Notes: generated by a model from the letters alone, not told the origin. DNA of 64,000 bases from Candidatus Hodarchaeota archaeon (GCA_048886685.1 JBHLKM010000010.1:55946-119945); one strand, 5' to 3'. Shown: positions 28,373 to 39,182, counted from the first letter of the stretch. A program made the numbers and translations.

Positions 28373-29572
28373 TTGAGCATATTTATTGATGATGAGCTTT
28401 GCACTGGCTGCGGTAATTGTGCTGAAACTTGTCCTTTTGTAGGGATTGAAATAATTGATAATAAAGCGATTATTACTGAGAATTGTAGCTTTTGCGGTAG
28501 TTGTTTAGATGTTTGTCCAGTTAATGCCATTCTAATTGAAAGAGAGGAATTTAAAGTTGAAAAGGTTGATCTCTCTCAATATAGAGGAATATGGGTCATA
28601 GCTGAGCACTACAAGAACATCATTCATCCTGTAGCATTACAACTGTTAGGAAAAGGAGCAGAACTAGCTAAAGAATTAGAGGTCAAATTAACATTAGTCA
28701 TATTAGGTGCAGATTTTGATGATCAATTAGAAAAGTTTAGTTATTATGGACCAGACGAAATAATTTATATAAAATCTCCAATCTTAAAACATTATTATTC
28801 TGATTTATATGTCCAAGCTTTAACAGAAATAATTATTGAGAATAAACCAGAAATCATTTTGATAGGTGCAACTCCTACAGGAAGAGATTTTGCTCCTAGA
28901 GTTGCTAAAAGGTTAAATGCGGGGCTTACAGCTGATTGTACGGGTTTAGAAATCGATCAAACTACAAGGAATTTGTTACAAACTCGTCCAACATTCGGAG
29001 GTACTCTCATGGCAGTAATTAGAACTCCAAATAGCCGCCCACAAATGGCAACTGTAAGACCTGGAATTTTTAAACCTCCTGAAAAGAAAAGAAAAAAGAC
29101 CGAAGTTAAGAAAATTGAATATAATTTCAAAGAAAAAGATTTAGTTACAAAAATCATCAAAATAATTGATAGGGAGAGAAGCTCTGTAAACCTTGAGGAT
29201 GCTGAGATCATAGTTGCAGGAGGTAGAGGAGTCGGTTCGAGAGAAAATTTTAAAATCATTGAAGAATTAGCTGAAGTATTGGGAGCAGAATTAGGTGGTT
29301 CACGGGTTACTGTAGAGTTAAATTGGTTAGATCAGGATAGACAAATAGGACAAACTGGTAAAACCGTTTCTCCAAAATTATATATTGCTTGTGGAATTTC
29401 TGGTGCGATTCAACATCTGGTAGGAATGCAAAATTCAGAAATTATTGTTGCGATTAATAAAGATCGAAAAGCACCTATTTTTAATATCGCACATTATGGA
29501 ATTGTTGGAGATCTTCATGAAATTGTTCCTGTTCTTATTGAAGAAATCAAGAAGAATAAAAAAAAAGAATAA
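28373..29572 (+). CDS. etfA: electron transfer flavoprotein alpha subunit with N-terminal 2x[4Fe-4S] domain
   Basis: Two ferredoxin motifs; QIGQTGKTVSPKLYIACGISGAIQH. Confidence 0.95.
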   Translation: MSIFIDDELCTGCGNCAETCPFVGIEIIDNKAIITENCSFCGSCLDVCPVNAILIEREEFKVEKVDLSQYRGIWVIAEHYKNIIHPVALQLLGKGAELAKELEVKLTLVILGADFDDQLEKFSYYGPDEIIYIKSPILKHYYSDLYVQALTEIIIENKPEIILIGATPTGRDFAPRVAKRLNAGLTADCTGLEIDQTTRNLLQTRPTFGGTLMAVIRTPNSRPQMATVRPGIFKPPEKKRKKTEVKKIEYNFKEKDLVTKIIKIIDRERSSVNLEDAEIIVAGGRGVGSRENFKIIEELAEVLGAELGGSRVTVELNWLDQDRQIGQTGKTVSPKLYIACGISGAIQHLVGMQNSEIIVAINKDRKAPIFNIAHYGIVGDLHEIVPVLIEEIKKNKKKE

Positions 29573-29649
29573 ATTCAATATCAGTATAATCTTAACATTT
29601 CACTTCAGGATTTTTAAATAGTAAGATTGAGAAAGACATAAGAAAAAAA

Positions 29650-29721
29650 GTAATGGAATGAATTTTTAGTCAAATTCATGTGGAGGAATAAATTATAGGC
29701 TAAAAACAAACATTCCATTAC
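29650..29721. ncRNA. candidate structured RNA, ~72-nt long hairpin
   Basis: GTAATGGAATG pairs perfectly with CATTCCATTAC; TTTTTAGTC pairs with GGCTAAAAA; lies in an ~800-bp intergenic region. Confidence 0.4.
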
Positions 29722-30382
29722 AGCTTAGAAAAAAAAAAATTTTTTTCTGTTACTATAATTAGCAATCTCTTCTTATAAATTTTATGGTAAATCGTCAATT
29801 TTATGAACGCCCTATTCCATAATTCTGTGAATTTTAGTGGTATGATAAAGTATTGCGATTAAGATTTTAATATCTCTCTATAACATCCGTATTTTAAAAA
29901 TAAAAGCTAAATCAACTCATAAATTTAATGAATAAAAAATAATTTTCTTAAAAATTAGGGAAACAAAAACATTTATTTCGAAAATTATTACCCGAATTTT
30001 TGATTTAAAAGTTTTTCTAAAATTTTTGATCAAAAACTAATAATAATTTTATTAAGATTTTAATAAGGATGAAATCTGAAAAATTCACTCTAAAACATTC
30101 ATTTTTTAAGCCATATAACCAAAGTATTCATTCTTTCAATTAAATTTACGTATTATTTATTAACAAGCAACAATTAAATCTTTTATTAAAAAAATCTCAC
30201 ATTTTTCTTGATACTTCTACGATAAAATATTCCACCAATATATTATCATATTTTTTTCCCCATTGTCATTTAAATTTTAATTGAGTAAGAGCAAATTTAA
30301 ATTGATAAATTCTATTTAATTCTTAGTTGAATTATACTTTTATCAAAATTTCAAGTAGAATCATCCAGAAAAAGGTTTTATT

Positions 30383-30901
30383 ATGACGAGTAAAGAATAT
30401 GGAAAAAAGCATTATGTTCCGTTTGTGGGTCTACTAGAGGATTATGTAGGAAGATCTCCTTGGGATTATTACAGTTGGGGTCATATTGCTTTTGGAATTG
30501 GAGCTTTTTCAATTTTTTCATTGATAATAACACTTTGGGAACTTTATATAGGACCAGCCACAATGCCTTGGTATTGGATTCTGATTTTCGTTATTATTGT
30601 TGGGGTTGGATGGGAAATCATTGAAAATACGATCTTATGGAAACTAGGAGTAAAATATGAAAACAGAAAAGATTCCTTTATCAATGCTTTCTTTGATATT
30701 GTATTCGTTACAGTAGGGGGACTGGTAACATGGTTACTTAAGTGGATAGTAATGGATGCTATGGGAGAATTAGGAAGATGGTTTTATGTCTCAGCAATGA
30801 TACTATTTGTTATTATCTTAATTGCCTACTTTATTGGATTTTATATAACCAATGAGAACACTAAAAAGTCAAGAAAAGATTTGGGAAGACTCATTAGCTA
30901 A
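30383..30901 (+). CDS. membrane protein, DUF2585-like
   Basis: DYYSWGH, WEIIENT and DSFINAFFD motifs within TM helices. Confidence 0.6.
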   Translation: MTSKEYGKKHYVPFVGLLEDYVGRSPWDYYSWGHIAFGIGAFSIFSLIITLWELYIGPATMPWYWILIFVIIVGVGWEIIENTILWKLGVKYENRKDSFINAFFDIVFVTVGGLVTWLLKWIVMDAMGELGRWFYVSAMILFVIILIAYFIGFYITNENTKKSRKDLGRLIS

Positions 30902-31114
30902 TTTTATAAATTATCTTATATTTATCCTTTTTTTTATTTTTATTCCTAAATAATGATTCTTTTGGGCTGAATAGCCTTTTCATCCCTTAATTGGATTTTA
31001 AATTATGGGAGATTATTCCCATTATTATTGATCATGTATAAGTTAATTAAAAACTAGTAATTAAGTAGAACTAGATAAATTTTTTATTAAATATAGTAAT
31101 TATATAAAGGTGCT

Positions 31115-31732
31115 ATGGAACTTAAGAGTTTTAACTTATTGATCGTCGGTATTGGTGGTCAAGGTGTTATTAGAACTGTGCAGATTCTTGCATGGGCGGC
31201 TCTATTAGAAAATTATAAAGTTCGAACCGCTGAAACACATGGTATGGCCCAGAGAGGTGGTTCTGTCTCTTCCTTCCTTCGATTTGGTAATGAAGTTGAA
31301 GGCCCTTTAATCCCTAACGGAAATTCTCAAGTTATTATAGCTCTTGAAGCTAGTGAAGCTGTACGTAATTTTAGGTATGCTAATTCAAACACTATTTTTC
31401 TTATAAATAACAATATCATTGTACCTCCTACGGTTCATTTATTGAATATGGATTATCCTGAACTAGATTCGATTAAAAAATTTTTAGGTCAAGTATCTTC
31501 AAATGTTTTTTTCGTTAATGGACATGAAGAAGCTTTAAAAGCAGGGGATATACGCACATTAAACGTATATATGCTAGGTGTTTTATTGGGTTCTGAAAGA
31601 TTACCAATCAAACATAAAACTCTTGAAAATTCTATAAGAAGATTTGTACCCCAAAAAGCACAAATTTTTAATAAGATTGCTTTTCAAAATGGAATAATAT
31701 ATGGAAAAAAAATAAAAGAGGAAATCAAATGA
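31115..31732 (+). CDS. iorB: indolepyruvate ferredoxin oxidoreductase beta subunit
   Basis: GIGGQG, AETHGMAQRGGSV. Confidence 0.93.
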   Translation: MELKSFNLLIVGIGGQGVIRTVQILAWAALLENYKVRTAETHGMAQRGGSVSSFLRFGNEVEGPLIPNGNSQVIIALEASEAVRNFRYANSNTIFLINNNIIVPPTVHLLNMDYPELDSIKKFLGQVSSNVFFVNGHEEALKAGDIRTLNVYMLGVLLGSERLPIKHKTLENSIRRFVPQKAQIFNKIAFQNGIIYGKKIKEEIK

Positions 31733-33633
31733 GTATTCCACATTTTGCTGTAAGTAATCCAGGTAGCCACGTGATACTATTAGGAAATGAAGCAATAGCA
31801 CGTGGTATATTAGAGGCCGGTGTTATTATTGGTGCAGGATACCCGGGAACACCATCATCGGAGATCCTATCAACTCTTGCCCAAATGTATCCATATTTTT
31901 CGCATTTAAAGATAGAATGGAGTATAAATGAAAAGGTTGCATTTGAAGTTGCATATGGAGGTTCAATGTCAAATGTGCGATCTGTGGTGTGTATGAAACA
32001 TGTTGGTGTAAATGTAGCATCAGATGCATTCATGACGGCGGCATATGCAGGTGCTCGAGGTGGAATGGTACTAGTTTCAGCAGATGATCCAAATTGTTAT
32101 TCATCACAAAATGAACAAGATAATCGACATTACGGTTTACATGCTTTAGTTCCCGTTTTTGAACCTTCGACACCTCAAGAAGCTAAGGAACTAATTAAAT
32201 ATGCATTTGATTTTTCTGAAAATTTTCATACTATAGTGTTATTTCGCACAACCACTCGATTAAATCATGGGAGAGGTGAGGTAATACTTGGAGAAATTGA
32301 AGAAATTAAGAGAGAATATGGATTTGATTGGGATCGATCCCGTTGGGTATGTTTACCTTCACATTCACGAGTGCTTCGTCTAAGATTATTAGAAAGATTA
32401 AAGGATATTTCTGAATTTGCAGATAATTTTCCATTTAATTTTTTAAAAATATCCAAAAAGAAAATTAATGGAAAGCGGATCGGCCTTGTTTCGGCTGGAG
32501 TTCCGTATGCTCATTTAATAGATGCTCTTAACCATTTTGACATAAAAAATGATGTATCAATTCTTAAACTAGGAATGGTATATCCCCCTCCAAAGGAACT
32601 AATTAAAAAATTATTTACATCAGTTGATAAAATTCTAGTTGTCGAAGAATTGGAACCTTTTATAGAAAATATGCTTAAACAAATAGCTTATGATGAAGGT
32701 TTATGTAAAGAAATAGAAATTCATGGTAAAGATATATTTCCACAAAACGGGGAATTTTCAGCAGGACTTTATCTAGAGAATATAGCTGATTTTATGGATC
32801 TAGAATATGAGGGTGTACCGGTTCCTAAAGATTTAATAATAATGCCCCCAAGACTTCCTATTCTATGTCCTGGCTGCTCTCATCGTGCAAGCTTTTACGC
32901 GATAAAGCAAGTAGAGAAGAATCTGAAAACAAAATTCGTTAATTCATCCGATATAGGTTGTTATACATTAGCAGTTTACAAACCTCTTGAAGGTTTAGAT
33001 ACGGAGGTTTGTATGGGGGGTTCAATAGGATTAGCGAATGGGATTACTAAAATTCAGAGTAAAGAAAATCCAGTTTTAGCCATTTTAGGAGATTCTACAT
33101 TTTTTCATTCGGGTATACCTGCTCTGATAAATGCTGTTCATAACCAAAACAATATATTGATAATGATATTGGATAATAAATCAACAAGTATGACGGGGTT
33201 TCAAGATAATCCTGGAACAGGAATAAAAATCACAAAGGAATCAGGTACAAAAGTAAATATCGAAGATCTTGTAAAAGGATGTGGAGTTTCAGCTGAAAAT
33301 ATATGGATAGAAGATTCTAATAATTTAACCAAGATGATTGAGAAATTAGAGGAAGCGGTTAAAGCTGATGGAGTTAGAGTTTTTATTTCTAGGCACACTT
33401 GCTCTTTAGTAGAAATGAATGAATTTAAGTTAAAACAAATTGTACCTCCTACTATAAAGGTTGATCCAGAAAAGTGTACAGGATGTCTCATATGTGTTAA
33501 TAAATTTGGCTGTCCTTCAATAATATTTAATGAACAAGAAAAAAAGGCGATAATAGAGCAGGATACATGTAGAGGGTGTAAAGTTTGTATCGATGTATGT
33601 ATTCACGATGCTATTTTTGAGGAGGAAGCATAA
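31729..33633 (+). CDS. iorA: indolepyruvate ferredoxin oxidoreductase alpha subunit
   Basis: GNEAIARG, GYPGTPSSE, SSQNEQDNR, LCPGCSHR, GDSTFFHSG; C-terminal ferredoxin. Confidence 0.95.
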   Translation: MSIPHFAVSNPGSHVILLGNEAIARGILEAGVIIGAGYPGTPSSEILSTLAQMYPYFSHLKIEWSINEKVAFEVAYGGSMSNVRSVVCMKHVGVNVASDAFMTAAYAGARGGMVLVSADDPNCYSSQNEQDNRHYGLHALVPVFEPSTPQEAKELIKYAFDFSENFHTIVLFRTTTRLNHGRGEVILGEIEEIKREYGFDWDRSRWVCLPSHSRVLRLRLLERLKDISEFADNFPFNFLKISKKKINGKRIGLVSAGVPYAHLIDALNHFDIKNDVSILKLGMVYPPPKELIKKLFTSVDKILVVEELEPFIENMLKQIAYDEGLCKEIEIHGKDIFPQNGEFSAGLYLENIADFMDLEYEGVPVPKDLIIMPPRLPILCPGCSHRASFYAIKQVEKNLKTKFVNSSDIGCYTLAVYKPLEGLDTEVCMGGSIGLANGITKIQSKENPVLAILGDSTFFHSGIPALINAVHNQNNILIMILDNKSTSMTGFQDNPGTGIKITKESGTKVNIEDLVKGCGVSAENIWIEDSNNLTKMIEKLEEAVKADGVRVFISRHTCSLVEMNEFKLKQIVPPTIKVDPEKCTGCLICVNKFGCPSIIFNEQEKKAIIEQDTCRGCKVCIDVCIHDAIFEEEA

Positions 33634-33637
33634 CAAA

Positions 33638-35014
33638 ATGGTCTCTTTTTTCTTTTATCCTGAAACTATCGCAATTATTGGTGCTACTAATAACCCTAAA
33701 AAATTTGGAAATGCTGTTACTATCAATATCCTTAAGAATAAAAACCTTCGATATGAAGTTTTTCTTGTTTCACATAAATCTCAAGAAATTGAGGGTTTAA
33801 AATGTTTTAAGTCGATATTAGAGATTCCGAAAGAAATTGATATAGCAATTATTTTAGTCCCTGCAAGAGTGATTGATGAAGTAATTAATCAATGTATAGA
33901 AAAGAGAGTTAAGGGTATTATAATTGTAACTGCTGGCTTTAGTGAAATAAATAAAGAAGGAAAAAAAAAAGAACTTGAGATTACTGCTAAGTGTAAAGAA
34001 GTGGGAATTCGTATAATGGGACCTAATTGCGTAGGAATACAGAATTTAGAAATTGGATTAAATGCTTCATTCATTCAAACTGCACCCTCTGGAGATATTG
34101 GCATGATAAGTCAATCTGGCTCCTTTGGATGTGCAAGTTTTTATGCTATGGAGAGAGAATATATTGGGTGCTCAAAATTTGCGAATATAGGTAATAAAAT
34201 TGATGTTTCTTTCACAGAAATACTGGAATTCTTTAAGTCAGATCAAAACACTCGAATAATAGGAATTTATATGGAGACAATTGAAAATGGGAGAGAATTT
34301 GTAAATACCGTTAAAAAAATCGTGGTAGAAAAACCAATTGTTATATTAAAAGGAGGTAGAACTAGTTTGGGTATGAAAGCTGCTAGTAGCCATACAGGTT
34401 CAATTGCCACTAATTATAAAATGTTAAAAACCTCTATAAAACAAGCAGGAGCCGCATTATGTGAAACCGCAAATGACTATATTACTGCTCTTAAGACTTT
34501 CTCCTATTTACCAATTCCTAAAGGGGAAAAGATTGGTGTTCTTACTAATAGTGGAGGAAGCTCAGTTTTATTTAGCGATAAAACTGAGGAGCTTAATTTG
34601 AAATTGGTTGATTTTTCTGACGAATTTAAAGAAAAAGCATCTCCCTATCTAATACCACTAGTAAAATTTGTTAATCCCCTTGATATGATTGGAGGTTCAG
34701 ATGAAGATACTTATTATAATATAACTAAAATTATGCTTGAAGATCCTAACATTGATATTGTTGTTGCGTGTGTTGTAATCCCTCCATTTTTAGAAATGAA
34801 ATCAGATGAACATTATAAAGGAATGATAAATGCATGGAATGATACTGGGAGAAAGAAACCTTTAATCCCTTTAATTATGTTTGGTGAAGAGTTTATAAGT
34901 TTAAGAAATCATGTAAGAAAAGAAAAAGCGACAATCTTTTTCACTCCTCATGATGCTGCTTTCGCAATAAAATTATTAATTGATAGAATGAAATATATTA
35001 AACAAATTTTATAG
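33638..35014 (+). CDS. acdA: ADP-forming acyl-CoA synthetase alpha subunit
   Basis: IAIIGAT, RIMGPNCVG, SQSGS, AASSHTGS (phospho-His), NPLDM. Confidence 0.88.
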   Translation: MVSFFFYPETIAIIGATNNPKKFGNAVTINILKNKNLRYEVFLVSHKSQEIEGLKCFKSILEIPKEIDIAIILVPARVIDEVINQCIEKRVKGIIIVTAGFSEINKEGKKKELEITAKCKEVGIRIMGPNCVGIQNLEIGLNASFIQTAPSGDIGMISQSGSFGCASFYAMEREYIGCSKFANIGNKIDVSFTEILEFFKSDQNTRIIGIYMETIENGREFVNTVKKIVVEKPIVILKGGRTSLGMKAASSHTGSIATNYKMLKTSIKQAGAALCETANDYITALKTFSYLPIPKGEKIGVLTNSGGSSVLFSDKTEELNLKLVDFSDEFKEKASPYLIPLVKFVNPLDMIGGSDEDTYYNITKIMLEDPNIDIVVACVVIPPFLEMKSDEHYKGMINAWNDTGRKKPLIPLIMFGEEFISLRNHVRKEKATIFFTPHDAAFAIKLLIDRMKYIKQIL

Positions 35015-35051
35015 AAATTCTAGTTAGGTATAAGAAATTGACAAAATGAAG

Positions 35052-35468
35052 CTATAAAATTATCGTAAATCCACTCTTCTGGAGAGTTTTCACTGCTTCT
35101 TCTATAATATCGTCCTCCACCCGGACTATAAGCATTGAATCATCTTTCACCAAAGTAGAATAGCAATAGTCAATATTGATATCATTATCACCTAATGCTT
35201 TTGGAATTTGATATAACGCATTAGGATTATCATTTAATCTAATTGCAATAACTTCTGTAGTAGAAAGGAGATAGTCATTTTCTTCTAAAAGAGTCATGCA
35301 TTGTTCCGGCTTATCTACTAAAACCAATAACAACCCATATTCAGATGTTTTAGCAACAGTTAGAGCTCTAATAAAAATTTTATTATCCATTAATAATTTA
35401 ATAAATTTTGCTAATACACCTGGTCTATCTTCGAGAAATACACTTAGTTGTATCATATTAAAGGTCAA
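35052..35468 (-). CDS. tandem ACT domain protein
   Basis: QLSVFLEDRPGVLA; second ACT domain DNPNAL...INIDYCY. Confidence 0.88.
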   Translation of the reverse strand: MTFNMIQLSVFLEDRPGVLAKFIKLLMDNKIFIRALTVAKTSEYGLLLVLVDKPEQCMTLLEENDYLLSTTEVIAIRLNDNPNALYQIPKALGDNDINIDYCYSTLVKDDSMLIVRVEDDIIEEAVKTLQKSGFTIIL

Positions 35469-35591
35469 ATTTTTATTAACTTTTTAGCTGTAAATTTTAA
35501 TATTGCCTTTTTTTTAAATTTAGTAATAATAATTAATTTACTATTATCATTTTTATTTCAGTAAGAAGTAAATTACTAAAGATCAACTTCC

Positions 35592-36350
35592 ATGACAAAA
35601 GATTTTTATGATAAGCATAAGAATTTTTCTTTTAGAACGTTAATAGATTATTACATTTCTCCAGGGATAAAATGTAAATTTGATCTTTTAAAGGCAAATA
35701 TTGATACAAAGAAAAAATTTAACTATGGGATTGATCTTGGTTCTTCTGGGAATTCATTTCTATTCTTTTTAGATAATATAAGTCAAAAATTTTCTTTAGA
35801 TATAGCAGAATTTCCCCTAGGACAATATATTAAGAAAAGTAATTGGCATCCTTTATGTGGTGACCTCATGAAATTACCTTATCGAGATGGTTCTTTTGAT
35901 TTCTTAAGTGCTATTGATGTATTGGAACACATAAGGAATGATGAATCTGCTGTTTCTGAAATAAGCAGGATTTTAAAGAAAAATGGGATCATTGTTATAA
36001 CAGTGCCCCATAGAATGAAATACTTTACCCAACAAGATATTTTAATTGGCCATCATAGGAGATACGAAATCAACAAAATAACTTCTCTTTTTGAACGATA
36101 TAACTTAAAAATGATTCGTACTTTTGGTGTATATGGGCAACTAATGAGGATTGCTGATATTCAGTCAACTAATCCTAAAAAAATTGAACAGAATATAATA
36201 AATTTACGAACCCGATACATGTTTAATGGCGGATTTAGGAAGATCTGGGATTTTTTTATGAAAATAAGTTCTACTATCATGAAGATAGATGCGAAATATC
36301 ATTCATTAAAGAATATTATGAATATTGGATTAATTTTTAGGAAGATTTAG
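35592..36350 (+). CDS. class I SAM-dependent methyltransferase
   Basis: IDLGSSG, LPYRDGSFD, DVLEHI, GHHRRY. Confidence 0.88.
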   Translation: MTKDFYDKHKNFSFRTLIDYYISPGIKCKFDLLKANIDTKKKFNYGIDLGSSGNSFLFFLDNISQKFSLDIAEFPLGQYIKKSNWHPLCGDLMKLPYRDGSFDFLSAIDVLEHIRNDESAVSEISRILKKNGIIVITVPHRMKYFTQQDILIGHHRRYEINKITSLFERYNLKMIRTFGVYGQLMRIADIQSTNPKKIEQNIINLRTRYMFNGGFRKIWDFFMKISSTIMKIDAKYHSLKNIMNIGLIFRKI

Positions 36351-36369
36351 GATCTTTAATTATGGTTCT

Positions 36370-36798
36370 TTAAGATGCCTCTTTTTTTAACTTATCAAAT
36401 AATTTCTTGTACTCGTCAATATATTTTTCTTCATTGGATTCATCGATTTTTTGTAAAAGTTCAATAGATTTAGTTAATACTTCAGACTTTTTCTTTATTT
36501 GTTCAAGAAATTGCTGCTTATTAAAATGAGCCCTTGAAATATCGATCTTATCTTTTACCTCTAAGATTGATGTTTCAATTTCTTTTTGTGATTCAATTAC
36601 GCTATTAATTACACCCAATTCTAGTTTTTTCTTTCTTTCGTCTAGCTTTATACAATTTTCACAAACAATTTCTTCGTCCTTTTCTTGCTTTCTTAATTTT
36701 TCTCCTTTATTCATCATAAAGGGATTCTTACAGCGCTCACACGCGACAAGCTCCAGCAAAAGCTTATCAGAGTTGGAATTGGGCATATTAAGAATCAA
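36370..36798 (-). CDS. zinc-finger (CxxC...CxxC) plus helical domain hypothetical protein
   Basis: CERC...CENC followed by a coiled coil. Confidence 0.65.
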   Translation of the reverse strand: MILNMPNSNSDKLLLELVACERCKNPFMMNKGEKLRKQEKDEEIVCENCIKLDERKKKLELGVINSVIESQKEIETSILEVKDKIDISRAHFNKQQFLEQIKKKSEVLTKSIELLQKIDESNEEKYIDEYKKLFDKLKKEAS

Positions 36799-36916
36799 AT
36801 AGTTCTTAATTTTAAATATTTATCTATAATAATTATCTTGTTTTTATAATATATTATTATTCCATTAAATCTCAGTTTTTAGAAAAGTAATAATACCGTA
36901 ATGTATTTCAAGTTAT

Positions 36917-37717
36917 ATGGATCTTGGAGTAATTATCATCTTACTAATTTTTGGATTAATTTTTGGGATGATTAGTTCTATTACAGGAATAGGGGGTGGG
37001 GCGTTATATATGTCATTGATGGTTTTGCTATTCACTATCCCTATTGATGAGGCAAGGGATACATCAACTTTTATAATAGTCCTTTTCTCTGGCGCCGCAT
37101 TTATCAGTTACTTCAGACAAGGAAAAGTAGATCTCAAATTATCTTTAATTTTCGCTTTCCTTGCATTATTGGGTGGTATTACAGCAACCATTTTCTTCCT
37201 TTTATTTCCAATTGATAATTATATTCTAAAAATAATTATTGCATCAGTTGTATTTGCTTCAGGACTCAATATGATACGCAAGGCTATAAAAAGTTATAAT
37301 TTAGATAAAAAAAATAATGATGTTTTAGAAATAGAATTCTCATTTGAGAATTATGATTATAAATTAAAATTGATAAAAGGGATTCCTCTGTTCTTTTTTG
37401 CAGGTTTCGTTGCATATGTAAGTGGTATTGGAGGAGGTATGTTATTTGTACCAATTCTCAGTATAATTTTTAACATTCCAATCCATTACACAACAGCAAT
37501 ATCTGCTTCTATGATTTTCTTTATCGGAATATATAATGCTGGTGTTAGAATGATTATAGGTGAAATTCACTATCTCATTGGGATATTAATAGGAATCGGA
37601 GCAATTACTGGTTCATTATTAGGTGCGAGAACATCGAGTAAAATCCCAAAAGACTATCTCCAATTTGGGGTGGCAGTAATATTAATAATTTTATCGATTA
37701 GGTTGTACTTTGTATAA
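36917..37717 (+). CDS. sulfite exporter TauE/SafE family
   Basis: Duplicated GIGGG motifs in a multi-TM protein. Confidence 0.9.
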   Translation: MDLGVIIILLIFGLIFGMISSITGIGGGALYMSLMVLLFTIPIDEARDTSTFIIVLFSGAAFISYFRQGKVDLKLSLIFAFLALLGGITATIFFLLFPIDNYILKIIIASVVFASGLNMIRKAIKSYNLDKKNNDVLEIEFSFENYDYKLKLIKGIPLFFFAGFVAYVSGIGGGMLFVPILSIIFNIPIHYTTAISASMIFFIGIYNAGVRMIIGEIHYLIGILIGIGAITGSLLGARTSSKIPKDYLQFGVAVILIILSIRLYFV

Positions 37718-37811
37718 GGTTAATTTATAAATTTATAAATTTTAAAACTTAATCTTTAATTGGATAGAGATTAATAAAAACATTAAAAATAACTATAGGA
37801 GGAGTAATTTC

Positions 37812-38042
37812 ATGGTAAAAGTAAAAGATATTGAAAATCTAATGGATGATTTTATGATTGAACCAGATGATAAATTTATTGATATAAAAAGATACCTTCT
37901 TAGTGAATTCGAATGGAAAGTAGATCCTTTAAAAAAATCTCAATTTATGATTAGAGGCATTCCTATAGAAGATGATATGAAATTAGGTGACCTTCTGAAA
38001 GCTTATTTGCCTGAAGAAATGGTTGTTCTGAAAGAACTATAA
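37812..38042 (+). CDS. 76-aa protein with probable ubiquitin-like beta-grasp fold, no C-terminal GG
   Basis: IEPDD..DIK...P...G.PIEDD..LGD parallels ubiquitin VEPSD..NVK...P...G..LEDG..LSD; strong SD AGGAGGAG. Confidence 0.55.
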   Translation: MVKVKDIENLMDDFMIEPDDKFIDIKRYLLSEFEWKVDPLKKSQFMIRGIPIEDDMKLGDLLKAYLPEEMVVLKEL

Positions 38043-38257
38043 ATTTATTATTATTAATAAACGCTCTATCTTCAAAAACAAGCTTTATTGCTTTTGAAAG
38101 AGCTATTATTTTGACTTCTCTTCCTGCTTATTCCATATGCATTTTTTTCAAATTATTGTATCAAAATATATTTTGATTTTTCTATGCTAAAAAATCTTAA
38201 ATCGTTTTAAGAATAGTATAAATTAATTTATCATAACGAATGAAGTGAATTTATGTA

Positions 38258-39073
38258 ATGAGTAGTGGCTTTAGGCTTCTTCGAGTAGAATATATCTTTT
38301 CTGTAATAATACCCTGCTTATTATGTGTATATTTGAACGATTATGATGTAGTTTCTCATACTTGGTTATTAGCTGGTTTTTCATTTTATGCAATTACTGG
38401 AAACACTCTTAATGATGTCATTGACATGAAAGATCCGAGAGAAAAAGAAACTCTAGAAAGAGTAAAAGGTTATGGGAGAAAAGAAATTGCTGTTCTTGCT
38501 GTAGCAAGCTTTATGCTAGGAACGATATGTTTCATGAATGAAATTTTAGAGAAACCAATTCTAGGATTTTATCTAGTGATAATCATATTTATGGTAGTTT
38601 TCTATTGTATGTTCAAAAAACTTGTTATTATCAACCATATTATTTTAGGAGTTTCTCATATAATTCTACCATATTTTATGATAAAAATTAACGCAGGGGA
38701 TGATATCATAAAATTATTTCCTAATATGGAGTTGGATGAGTCTTTAATATTAGCAACTATAACTGCAGTAGCTTTCACTGGACAAATGGTTCATGAAATG
38801 ATTGATGGAGATTCTCTAGCACAATTAAATCCAAAAGCATCTCAACTAATAATTTGGATTGCCTGTACAATTTCATTACTTATTGCTGTAATTTCCTTTA
38901 TTATTACTACATATTGGATATTTATACCAATCGTCTTTTTTCCATTAGGGATAATGTACATTTTTAGAAAACCAAGGAATAATTTATTAGGAAGAACCTC
39001 GTTAAAAGATACGGGGATTATATTAGGGAATTTAATGCTTATTTATATGATTATTCTAATTATAGCACCTTGA
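38258..39073 (+). CDS. UbiA prenyltransferase family membrane protein
   Basis: NDVIDMKD first Asp-rich motif and HEMIDGD second motif; multi-TM. Confidence 0.7.
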   Translation: MSSGFRLLRVEYIFSVIIPCLLCVYLNDYDVVSHTWLLAGFSFYAITGNTLNDVIDMKDPREKETLERVKGYGRKEIAVLAVASFMLGTICFMNEILEKPILGFYLVIIIFMVVFYCMFKKLVIINHIILGVSHIILPYFMIKINAGDDIIKLFPNMELDESLILATITAVAFTGQMVHEMIDGDSLAQLNPKASQLIIWIACTISLLIAVISFIITTYWIFIPIVFFPLGIMYIFRKPRNNLLGRTSLKDTGIILGNLMLIYMIILIIAP

Positions 39074-39182
39074 TTTCAGATTCAATTATTCTTTTTTTAG
39101 TAATTTGGGAAACAATAAGTTTGTAAAGAGTTTTTTATTTAAGTTTACTAATCCTAGATTAATAATTTACTTTAAACTACTT

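Noticed and set aside
29572-30383. AT-rich gap as a replication origin
   Set aside because: No ORB-like repeats and no cdc6/orc1 gene nearby.
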